IMG/VR virus record: IMGVR_UViG_2882837327_000005
Location: 39,211-103,210 of that record
DNA from: a virus
Lineage: Duplodnaviria > Caudoviricetes
Reading direction: 5' to 3' (one strand)
Length of the DNA stretch: 64,000 nt
A program made the translations under genes and the position numbers. This document shows positions 46,901 to 55,084 of the stretch, piece after piece. Under the pieces are notes generated by a model, which had not been told where the DNA came from, ran no database searches, and worked only from the letters and a program-made list of their open reading frames with translations. Each line of letters opens with the position of its first letter. The stretch's first letter is position 1.

Positions 46901-48105
46901 GCCGCGTCTCCTTCGTCTGCTGCTGGTGCCGCCGCCGCGCGCGCCATGAAGCGCTCGAAGCTGGCCATGTCCGGGAAGCCGTAGGGGAGAACCTCGGTGC
47001 CAAGGTGAGGCTGCAGCACCTTGGCGACGCGCCGCAAGACGGCCGGGTCACGCTCCCCATCGAGATCCTTCGGCCACCACCCCTCGTACTCGGCCGCCGC
47101 GGCGACCTTCATGGCCTTCTGGATCGCCGCCCGCTGCTTGGGGGTCACGTCCCAGTTGCCGGTCTGCTTGGGCGCACCAGGCGGCAGCGCCTTCTCGGCT
47201 GCATGGGCGGCGAGCACTGCCCTCCGGAAGTAGCTGAAGCTCCCAGGGGCATCGCCGCCGAATGCGAGCTTCGACGCCGTCAACTCGCGGACAACCCGCT
47301 CAGCCGTGACCTCGCTGACGCCCTGGCTGAGCCAGTTGATGACCTCCCGGAAATTGTAGCCACCTGTGCCAGGGAAGCCCGCAATCCTCGCCAGCTTCTC
47401 CCCCAACACCGCTCCCCTTGCGGCCATCGCAGCAGCGGATTCAGGCTCCGGCCCTGGTGCCTCGCGCGCGGATAGTGATTCCCCTTCGGAGTCCTGAGGG
47501 GGTTGGTTAGGAGTTATCTTAAGGGGAGATATACCTACGCGCGCGTTGGAGCCCCGGTGGGCTTCTCCGTGGGATACGTTTTGGGTTTCGGTGGCTTTTC
47601 GGTGGGTATCGCCGTGGGATACGTTTTGGGTATCCGTGGGAATTGATTGGGTATCGGTGGGTTTCCCGTTTGGGTATCGGTGGGTTTCCGCTGTGTGAGC
47701 CACCGCCACCGTCCGATCTGACACGAGCCGCAACGCCGGCCGCGCGGGCGATCCATCTTTGCGAGGCCTCCCGCCCAGTTTGGCATTCGCACGCTGGGCG
47801 GCGAGCTTCCGCTCGCTGATGCCGTGGAACACCTCCACGCGATAGCGGCCGCCCTCGTCTCGGTGCAGCACCTCGGCATCCCAAAGCACCTTGCCAGCGG
47901 CATGCACTTCCGAGAGCAGGCACCCTGCCAGTTTGGCCATCGCCTCACGCGGCTCGGCGCCTTCCGGCAGCGGCAGCCAGCCGTCACCATCGGCAGCCAG
48001 GGCCAGCGACAGCCAGAGGCTGCGCGCCGCCAGCGGCAGCGCCCGCAGCGCGGCCTCCGAAGACAGCCGGGCTACCAAGGCCTGAGGGGAATTCGCGCGG
48101 GCCAT
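46897..48105 (-). CDS. Phage replication initiator protein
   Basis: Directly downstream of dnaB; LAARSLW N-term, ANAKLGGRP, internal DNA repeats, SFSYF C-domain. Confidence 0.65.
   Translation of the reverse strand: MARANSPQALVARLSSEAALRALPLAARSLWLSLALAADGDGWLPLPEGAEPREAMAKLAGCLLSEVHAAGKVLWDAEVLHRDEGGRYRVEVFHGISERKLAAQRANAKLGGRPRKDGSPARPALRLVSDRTVAVAHTAETHRYPNGKPTDTQSIPTDTQNVSHGDTHRKATETQNVSHGEAHRGSNARVGISPLKITPNQPPQDSEGESLSAREAPGPEPESAAAMAARGAVLGEKLARIAGFPGTGGYNFREVINWLSQGVSEVTAERVVRELTASKLAFGGDAPGSFSYFRRAVLAAHAAEKALPPGAPKQTGNWDVTPKQRAAIQKAMKVAAAAEYEGWWPKDLDGERDPAVLRRVAKVLQPHLGTEVLPYGFPDMASFERFMARAAAAPAADEGDAA
47555..47690. repeat. Iteron-like direct repeats (putative phage ori)
   Basis: CCGTGGGATACGTTTTGGGT at 47567 and 47612; TTGGGTATCGGTGGGTTTCC at 47647 and 47670. 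Confidence 0.7.
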
Positions 48106-49625
48106 CAGCCATCATCCTCTGGCAGGTCGAAGAAGGCTGTCGTCGTGTCCTCGAAGCCGACGGTCTGCTCGAAGGTCTTGCCCTGGCGGCTTTTCGGGCA
48201 GGAGATCAGGGCCTTGCCCTTCGCATCATCCCGCCGGATGCGCCATTCCGAATGGCGTAGCTGAAAGGCCGCATCGTCCTCGTTCAGCTTCCGGAGCGGC
48301 TCATTCCGCAGCAGGTAGTAGTGCTCGCGGTACAAGAACATGATGACGTCGGCGTCCTGCTCGATGGTCCCGGATTCACGCAGGTCCGACATCTGGAGGC
48401 GCTTCTCCTCGCGGCTGTCGACGCCACGGTTGACCTGGCTCAGGGCGACCACGGGCACTTTCAGATCCTTGGCCAGCCGCTTGATGGCCCGGGTGATCTC
48501 GCCGATCGCTTCCGTGCGGCTGGCGGCCTTCTTTCCACCGATCGAAGGCGGCTCGGCCAGCTGCAGGTAGTCGATGAAAATGGCGTCGAGGCCGCCAGCC
48601 CGCTGAAACTGCCTGGCGCGTGAACGGATAGCCGCGATGGAGGAGCCCGCCTGCTGGTCCCAGTGGATTCCCATTGCGCGGAGCCGCCGGGCAGCATCCT
48701 CGACTGCGATTTGATCCTTCCGGCTGCTCTTGAGGCTGCGTCGGCTCCCATCCTGGAACTCGATATAGCCGTCGATGATGAGCTCCGCCGGCAGCCCGGA
48801 TTCCTGCGCGACCATGCGCTGGTATGTCTCGATCGCGTCCATTTCCAGGTTCGCGAAGTAAACTCGCTTTCCAGCGAGGCCGAGATTGCGCGCCATCGTC
48901 GCGCCAAGCGCGCTCTTACCAGCGCTGGATGGGGCCGCGATCACGTAAACCCGGGTCGGCCGCAGCCCACCGAGCCTCCGGTCCAGAGAGCGGATGCCAG
49001 TCGAGAGCCCGACTACCTCCCCGGGCTCGAGCCTCATTACCGCGGCAATGTGGCTCATGAACTGGTCATAGACCTGCGAATTGGTCAGCTGGTTCTCCGC
49101 GCCCGCTTGCTGCGCGCCCAGCTGAACCACGGACGTGTCGAGCCCATCCAGGATCTCGCGCGCGGTGGGCCCATGGGGGTCATAGGCCGCCGCCGCGGCC
49201 AACTCGCACGCCTCGATGGTCTCTCGCCGAAGCGCCATGTCGACCACGATGCCAGCGTATTCTCGGATGTTCACCGCGCCCACCGTCGCGCTCAGCAGCG
49301 TGGCGAGGTAGCGGGCGCCACCGACATCCTCCAGGCCCTGCTCCGCCTCGAACAGACCCTTCAAAGTGATCGCGTCGGCAGCCTTTCCGGCGCGGATGCG
49401 GTCAGCGATGGCTGCGTAGATCCGCGCGTGGGCGGCGTCGGCGAAGTGGTGGGCCTCCAGGATGTCGCCCACCCGGTCGAAGGCCCGGTTGTTCTGGAGA
49501 AGACCGCCCAGGACGGCCTGTTCGGCCTCCATACTGGCTGGCGGAAGGCGTAGCCCAAGCGTTGAGCCCGTAGGCTGGGAGGCATTTCCGAGAAGCGCGG
49601 CCCCAGGTCGCTGCTGCAGTGACAT
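48105..49625 (-). CDS. dnaB: Replicative DNA helicase
   Basis: EAEQAVLGGLL, APSSAGKS, IDYLQL, LSQVNR, SDLRESGTIEQDAD. Confidence 0.95.
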   Translation of the reverse strand: MSLQQRPGAALLGNASQPTGSTLGLRLPPASMEAEQAVLGGLLQNNRAFDRVGDILEAHHFADAAHARIYAAIADRIRAGKAADAITLKGLFEAEQGLEDVGGARYLATLLSATVGAVNIREYAGIVVDMALRRETIEACELAAAAAYDPHGPTAREILDGLDTSVVQLGAQQAGAENQLTNSQVYDQFMSHIAAVMRLEPGEVVGLSTGIRSLDRRLGGLRPTRVYVIAAPSSAGKSALGATMARNLGLAGKRVYFANLEMDAIETYQRMVAQESGLPAELIIDGYIEFQDGSRRSLKSSRKDQIAVEDAARRLRAMGIHWDQQAGSSIAAIRSRARQFQRAGGLDAIFIDYLQLAEPPSIGGKKAASRTEAIGEITRAIKRLAKDLKVPVVALSQVNRGVDSREEKRLQMSDLRESGTIEQDADVIMFLYREHYYLLRNEPLRKLNEDDAAFQLRHSEWRIRRDDAKGKALISCPKSRQGKTFEQTVGFEDTTTAFFDLPEDDG

Positions 49626-49870
49626 GCGATTGAAATTCCCCGAAATCCAAGCGCTTTTGTTGGACAGCCGAGGTCGTCGCGGCTAAGGTTTGAGCGCGCC
49701 ATCCCCGTTGGCGCCCACGCTGGCGGCACCACTGCCGCCGGATCGAACGCCTCCGCCGGCCAGGGCGGGGGCGTTTTCGCTTCCGACCCCCAGACCATAC
49801 GCACCGCCTCTGATCGTCACAAGGCGAATCTCGAAATGCTGTGCATTCCGTGTGTTAACTCGTGGTATTT

Positions 49871-49884
49871 CACATTGTAATGTG
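49871..49884. promoter_or_regulatory. Operator palindrome
   Basis: CACATtgtaATGTG between divergent dnaB and MTase genes. Confidence 0.7.
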
Positions 49885-49988
49885 TTATTGTTTTCTCAAG
49901 CCCTGGTAGGCTGACCGCACCTAGATCGCAAAATCTTGTGCCTGGAAGGCGTACCAAGGGCCGGGGCGGGAAGTTTGCCCTCCACCAC

Positions 49989-50052
49989 TCCTCCGTCACC
50001 CCATCGCGGGGTGGCGCGCTCAGCCGGCGGCGCGTCTCGCCGGCGAAGAGGA
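49989..50052 (+). ncRNA. Hammerhead-like element 9 (G3-C8)
   Basis: TCCTC-C-GTCACCCC(atcgc)GGGGTGGC-GCGCTCA-GCCGGCG(gcgcgtct)CGCCGGC-GAA-GAGGA. Confidence 0.7.
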
Positions 50053-50059
50053 CCGAATC

Positions 50060-50803
50060 ATGAACTCCGATTCAATCCGTGACGTGCTGGAAACCAGCTC
50101 CTTCAACGGGGCCAACCTGGTCCTGCCCGGCACGCTCACGCGTTCGGAATACCAGGCGGTAAACAAGGCCATCGAGGCCGCTGGCGGCAAGTGGGATAAG
50201 AAGGCCCGGGCGCACGTCTTCCCGAGGGATGCGCGCCAGGCTCTGGCGCCGGTACTCGCCGGGAGCGACCTGACCAAGCCACCGTCCCGGAAGAAAGAGC
50301 TTCAAGCCTTCTTCTCACCGCCCGGCGTGGTGGAGCGCGTTATCTCCCGCGCCGCCATCGGCCGGAGGGATCTGGTGCTGGAGCCCTCTGCCGGCCACGG
50401 CGCCTTGGCGCTTGCCGCGCAGGCAGCCGGCGGCCGGGTCGAGTGTTGCGACATCGACAGCGACCACGTCGACGAGCTCCGCCGTCTCGGGCTCAACGCC
50501 AGGATCTACGACTTCCTGAAACTGGCCCCGAACCCCGCTTATGACCGGGTGGTGATGAACCCTCCGTTCCGCAACCTGCAGGACGTGGATCACGTCACCC
50601 ATGCCCTCGGGTTTCTGAAGACCGGCTGCAGCCGCCTGGTGGCGGTGATGTCGCCAGGCTTCCAGTATCGGCAGACCAGGAAGGCGAAGGCCTTCAGAGA
50701 ACTGCTGGCGAGCCGTAACAGCCTCGTGGAGACCTTGCCCGAGCAAAGCTTCAAGATCGCAGGCACCAGTGTTTCAACGCTGCTCGTGACCATCACGGGC
50801 TGA
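50060..50803 (+). CDS. Amino (N6A/N4C-type) methyltransferase
   Basis: VLEPSAGHG (motif I) and VMNPPF (motif IV). Confidence 0.85.
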   Translation: MNSDSIRDVLETSSFNGANLVLPGTLTRSEYQAVNKAIEAAGGKWDKKARAHVFPRDARQALAPVLAGSDLTKPPSRKKELQAFFSPPGVVERVISRAAIGRRDLVLEPSAGHGALALAAQAAGGRVECCDIDSDHVDELRRLGLNARIYDFLKLAPNPAYDRVVMNPPFRNLQDVDHVTHALGFLKTGCSRLVAVMSPGFQYRQTRKAKAFRELLASRNSLVETLPEQSFKIAGTSVSTLLVTITG

Positions 50804-50829
50804 ACTTCCGCCCGGCCTTGGCCGGGCGG

Positions 50830-50892
50830 CCCTCCGTCGCCCCGATGCGGGCGGCGCGCTCAGCCGGCGGCGCGTTTCGTCGGCGAAGAGGG
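50830..50892 (+). ncRNA. Hammerhead-like element 10 (G3-C8)
   Basis: CCCTC-C-GTCGCCC(cgatgc)GGGCGGC-GCGCTCA-GCCGGCG(gcgcgttt)CGTCGGC-GAA-GAGGG. Confidence 0.7.
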
Positions 50893-50900
50893 AATACCCA

Positions 50901-51500
50901 ATGAACACCGCAACCGCCCTGGGCGACGACATCGTCGTCTACCGAAGCGACCGGATGGTTGGCAGCAGGATGTCGCTGGACGACGCCCGCGCCAATCTCC
51001 GGAGCGGCCTGCCAGGCGTCCTGGCGAGCCATATCGCGGCCTTTCACCCCGGCGCCGTCGTCGAATTCTGGACGGCACAGGGCGGCCGCCGATGGGTCGC
51101 CAACCTCACAGCCGACCTGGAGGGCTCGCCTCTGGAGCATTTCCAGAAACGAGCCCGGCCGATCACCACCTACATCCCAGATGCACCATGCGGCGACTGC
51201 CGCGGCCCGGATCGCGAGGATATCGACCCCGACGACGATGACCCCGACGATGACGAGGATGGCCGCATGACTTTCTTCGATGTGCACATCAACGCGCAGG
51301 ACATCATAGCCCCGCGCGCCATCCTCCGGATACGAGCCTACGACCATGACGACGCCAAGCGCCGCGTGCTCGAGAATTGGGGCGACTACGAGGAGGAGTG
51401 CTACGAGAACGCCATGGAGAGCGTCGAAATCCAATGCCAGGACGTCGAGTTCTCGGGTGACGAGGACATGATCGACGACATCCTCATGTCGGAGCACTGA
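50901..51500 (+). CDS. Hypothetical protein with very acidic C-terminal half
   Basis: 199 aa after element 10; DIDPDDDDPDDDED. Confidence 0.65.
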   Translation: MNTATALGDDIVVYRSDRMVGSRMSLDDARANLRSGLPGVLASHIAAFHPGAVVEFWTAQGGRRWVANLTADLEGSPLEHFQKRARPITTYIPDAPCGDCRGPDREDIDPDDDDPDDDEDGRMTFFDVHINAQDIIAPRAILRIRAYDHDDAKRRVLENWGDYEEECYENAMESVEIQCQDVEFSGDEDMIDDILMSEH

Positions 51501-51789
51501 AACGCCGCCGGGCCAGCCCCGGCGGCATAGCCGCCCCACTACCTGCCAAGGCGGCCCGTCGATACGGCAGGACAGGAGACAATCCATCTCCATCACAGAA
51601 CCAGGCCTCTCCGGCCTGCAGAGCCTTCTTCCCGCCATCTGGGATGAGGCCATCGCCTGGGTCGCGCTCGCGGCCAGCCTTGGGATCGACATCGTCTTGC
51701 TGACGATCATCCCCTGGCTCCTGGGCCTGATCCGGTAACCATGTGCCCCTGGGACGCGCTAACGCTGCGTCCTAGGGGCACATTTCTAT

Positions 51790-51818
51790 TTGCAATCCAC
51801 ATTTCAATGTGTTTTTGT
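51790..51818 (+). promoter_or_regulatory. Promoter-like TTGCAA with operator palindrome (51798-51811) in the spacer
   Basis: TTGCAAtc-CACATttcaATGTG upstream of the recombination operon. Confidence 0.65.
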
Positions 51819-51857
51819 CCGCTCCGTTCCCTGTAACCCCTGTGGTTGGAATCGGAT

Positions 51858-52751
51858 ATGGACCCCTCCACCTGCCGTGCCCTCGGCTTCCGCACCGATG
51901 GCATTTATGACCTCTCGCTGCTGGGCCTGCGGCCGGACGCCATCGAGCGCCGCCGAAGCTTCATCGGTGGCTCCGACGCCACGATTATTGCCAGCGGCGA
52001 TGCCGAGAAGATCAACACGCTGGCGCGCTTCAAGCGCGGTCTGGAACCGGCGGTAGATCTCTCCGACCTCATCCACGTGATGCTGGGCAATGTCACTGAG
52101 CCCTTCATCCTGGCGTGGGCGGAGCGGCAGCTGGGCATTTCCATGTCGCGCCGCGGCGAGGAGGCGGTCCACGCCCGCTTCGACTTCCTCCGCTGTACGC
52201 TGGACAGCTGGACGACCTTCCAGGGGCGTCAGATGTCGGTCCAGGTCAAGCACGTGAATGCCTTCTCCAGCGAGGAGCAGGCGCTCGCCTACTATACCCC
52301 CCAGCTGCAGCACGAGCTGATGGTGACCCAGGCCGACGCCGCGCTGATGCTGGTCATGGTCGGCACCCTGAAGTTCGGCTGGGCCGTGGTCGAGCCTGAC
52401 CCGGTGTTCCAGGCGCGCCTCCGCAATTCCGAGATGGCCTTCTGGCAGGCGGTCCGCGAAGGCCGGGACCCGGAAGTGGTCGTTCCGCAGCTCACCAAGG
52501 CCGAGAAGGCCGCCGGTCGCTTCGAGTTCGTCGACATGACGACCCACGCGGTCGGGAACGAGTGGGGCGATGCTGCCGCGCGCTTCCTGAAGCACAAGGA
52601 GGCGGCCGAGAGCTTCGAGAAGGCCAAGACCGACCTGAAGGCTCTGGTGCCGGCTACCGCGAAGCAGGCCACCGGCAGCGGCGTGAAGGTCACCGTCGAC
52701 AAGAAGAACGCCATGAAGGTCGAGGCATTCCCGGCCCAGGTGGCGGCATGA
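51858..52751 (+). CDS. YqaJ-like (lambda exonuclease family) protein
   Basis: RRSFIGGSDA, GNVTEP, CTLD, QVKH, YYTPQLQH. Confidence 0.85.
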   Translation: MDPSTCRALGFRTDGIYDLSLLGLRPDAIERRRSFIGGSDATIIASGDAEKINTLARFKRGLEPAVDLSDLIHVMLGNVTEPFILAWAERQLGISMSRRGEEAVHARFDFLRCTLDSWTTFQGRQMSVQVKHVNAFSSEEQALAYYTPQLQHELMVTQADAALMLVMVGTLKFGWAVVEPDPVFQARLRNSEMAFWQAVREGRDPEVVVPQLTKAEKAAGRFEFVDMTTHAVGNEWGDAAARFLKHKEAAESFEKAKTDLKALVPATAKQATGSGVKVTVDKKNAMKVEAFPAQVAA

Positions 52752-53269
52752 GCGTCATGATCCGAACCGCCGCCGTCGAGGCCATGATCGGGCGCGCCGC
52801 CGCCCGCATGTCCGGTGCCGCTCAGGTGGCGCGTGAGCTGGGCAGCGACGCCATGGCCGCTGGCTACGAGAACAGTATGGCCTTCATCCAGGCCGAGATG
52901 GCGGCGCTGCTGGACAGCATCGCCCCTCTCGCCCGGACCACGGAGCTGCCCCTGCTCGCGGCGCCGGATGGCACGCCGGCCCACTCTGCGGACGCGGTCG
53001 CGCCTGGCTCCCGCAAGCCGCATGTGCGCACCGACGTCGGGAATGCCGGCTGCCACTGGCAGGACGGCGAGCGAGAGCAGCTGCGCGAGGGTTGGCTGGC
53101 TGGCAAGTCGATCCCCGCCCTGGGCGTCGAGCTGAAGCGCAGCGAGCGCGCCATCCTGCACGAGGCCACGAAGGTGCTGGGCCTTGAGCGCCGGCCCGGC
53201 GACCGCGAGGCCATGCGCGCCTTCCGCGCCAGGCTGGCCGAGCCTACAGCGGAGGCCGCCCATGGCTGA
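52748..53269 (+). CDS. Hypothetical protein with HTH-like C-terminus
   Basis: W...E...L...W..GKS......LKRS..AI pattern; coupled. Confidence 0.55.
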   Translation: MSVMIRTAAVEAMIGRAAARMSGAAQVARELGSDAMAAGYENSMAFIQAEMAALLDSIAPLARTTELPLLAAPDGTPAHSADAVAPGSRKPHVRTDVGNAGCHWQDGEREQLREGWLAGKSIPALGVELKRSERAILHEATKVLGLERRPGDREAMRAFRARLAEPTAEAAHG

Positions 53270-54032
53270 GGATACGCCCGCCCCTGCGCTTTCGCCTTTC
53301 CCTCGCCAGTCCGATGCCCAGCATCTGCTGCTGCCCGCACTGTTCGCGGCCAAGGCCAAGTTCCGCCCCGTGACCAAGCGCAACATCGCGATCGTCCAGG
53401 AAGCGGAAGGCCAGCGCAGCTACAACTATGCGGATCTGGCCGCCTACATCGACGCGGTCTCTGAGGCCCTGCTCGAGCAGGACATCCTGATCGAGCAGGA
53501 GCCACGCACGACGCCGGGCGGGCGGCACTTCATGTGCACCACGCTGCTCCACGTCTCTGGCCAGTGGAAGGCGTCCTACCTTCCCATGTACTCGGTCACC
53601 GACGCCAACCCCCATGTCGCTGGCAGCCGTCTCACCTATGCTCGCCGCCACGGGCTGGCCCTGATGCTGGGCCTGTCGGTGCGCGACGATGACGACGATG
53701 GCGCCACGGCCAGCGCCCTGGCGCGTGAAGAGCAGCCGCAGCGCGCTCGGCGCCAGGCCGCGCAGCAGCAGAAGGCGGCCGAGGAGGCGCCGGCAGCTTC
53801 GCCCCCTGCCCTGCGCGAGCCCCAGGGCATCAACGAGCAGATCGCCCGCATCAAGGAAGATCTGAAGGCCGCGTTCGCCGCCGGCGGCCGCGATGCGGCG
53901 GACATCGCTTGGCAGAAGCATGCCCGCTTCATCCTGGCCCAGTCCGATGATCTGCAGGAGATCATCAAGGACGGCTACCACGCGGTGGTCAACGATGATC
54001 CGCCGGTGCCGGAGGCCCTCGATGCCTCGTGA
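53262..54032 (+). CDS. ERF family single-strand annealing protein
   Basis: YNYADL, LLHVSGQW, GSRLTYARRH, DDDDG. Confidence 0.88.
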   Translation: MAEDTPAPALSPFPRQSDAQHLLLPALFAAKAKFRPVTKRNIAIVQEAEGQRSYNYADLAAYIDAVSEALLEQDILIEQEPRTTPGGRHFMCTTLLHVSGQWKASYLPMYSVTDANPHVAGSRLTYARRHGLALMLGLSVRDDDDDGATASALAREEQPQRARRQAAQQQKAAEEAPAASPPALREPQGINEQIARIKEDLKAAFAAGGRDAADIAWQKHARFILAQSDDLQEIIKDGYHAVVNDDPPVPEALDAS

Positions 54033-54378
54033 TGCGCCCCTGCAGCGCGCGATGCTCGTGGACGAGGCCGATATCGAGGAGAGCCTCGCCTATCTGCGCG
54101 ACACCGCCGTTGAGTTCGGCGCCCTGAAGTCGCGCAAGCTGGTGCTGGAGCTCAAGCTGAAACGGGCCCGCGCCGCGCGCGTCGCCGCCTCGCAAGCCTC
54201 TTCGACCGATCGCCGCGAGGCGGAGGGCTGGTCCTCCAGCAAGGTGGACGAGATCATCGAGGAATCCGCCCAGGCCGAGGCGCGTTTCACCGAGATCGGC
54301 GCCATGCGGCAGTACCACGAGCTGCGCATCGAGGTCTGGCGGAGCCTGAACGCCAACAATCGGCGGGGGAACATATGA
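54022..54378 (+). CDS. Hypothetical phage protein
   Basis: Helical; C-term IEVWRSLNANNR. Confidence 0.6.
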   Translation: MPRDAPLQRAMLVDEADIEESLAYLRDTAVEFGALKSRKLVLELKLKRARAARVAASQASSTDRREAEGWSSSKVDEIIEESAQAEARFTEIGAMRQYHELRIEVWRSLNANNRRGNI

Positions 54379-54620
54379 CCCCAATCGCCGACGTCATGCG
54401 CCGGGCCTGCGAGGCTGTGACCGGCCGCCACGACCTGCCCGATCCCCTGCCCCCGGATCTGTCCCGCTCCATGCGCACCGCCGTGACGCTCGGCGAGACC
54501 GCCGCGCTGGCTGGCACCGCGGGCGAACACTTCGACGCCGTCCTGGCCGCCGCGCGCGAGGCCTTCCGCCTTAAGGCCGCCGAGATGTCGCTGACCCAGG
54601 CCGCACAGGAGAGCCTATGA
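54375..54620 (+). CDS. Hypothetical protein
   Basis: 81 aa, coupled. Confidence 0.5.
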   Translation: MTPIADVMRRACEAVTGRHDLPDPLPPDLSRSMRTAVTLGETAALAGTAGEHFDAVLAAAREAFRLKAAEMSLTQAAQESL

Positions 54621-55081
54621 AGAAGCCCAATCCGAAGGCGAAGGTGGCGACGCCGGTTGCTGGTAGCATGCGCCAGACGGAGCCCACGCCAGAAGCCCCG
54701 CCGCCCGCGCCGGTCGCCGCCGAGCCGTCGAGCGCTGAGGCCGTGCTGGCCGCGATCCATCGGAACGCCACCCAGACCCAGAAGGTGCTGGAGTCCTACC
54801 AGGCCTTCAACGACGTGATGCTGGCCAAGCAGCCGGGAGCCCCGGAAGGCGCTCTCTGGGTGCAGCTGCCTGGCGCGCCGGCTTTCGAGGTCAGCATCAC
54901 TCTGCCGGTCGATGTGCGAGGTCGCTTCTCCGAGCGTGAAGTGCAGCTGATCGAGGCCATGCTGGAGGACGTCACGCGCAACAGCATGCCGGTCATCGTT
55001 GAGCGTGTCCGTGACGACCTGAGGGGTGCGGTCGACGCCATGCTGCAGCAGGCCGGGCATCCGGTCGCGGGCAACGCCTGA
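54617..55081 (+). CDS. Hypothetical protein
   Basis: 154 aa, AGGAG RBS. Confidence 0.55.
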   Translation: MKKPNPKAKVATPVAGSMRQTEPTPEAPPPAPVAAEPSSAEAVLAAIHRNATQTQKVLESYQAFNDVMLAKQPGAPEGALWVQLPGAPAFEVSITLPVDVRGRFSEREVQLIEAMLEDVTRNSMPVIVERVRDDLRGAVDAMLQQAGHPVAGNA

Positions 55082-55084
55082 CCC

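Noticed and set aside
38749-50892. The intergenic repeats as a CRISPR array, REP elements or integron attC sites
   Set aside because: Spacing is gene-sized and irregular, no cas genes or integron integrase are present, and conservation follows an RNA three-way junction rather than primary sequence.
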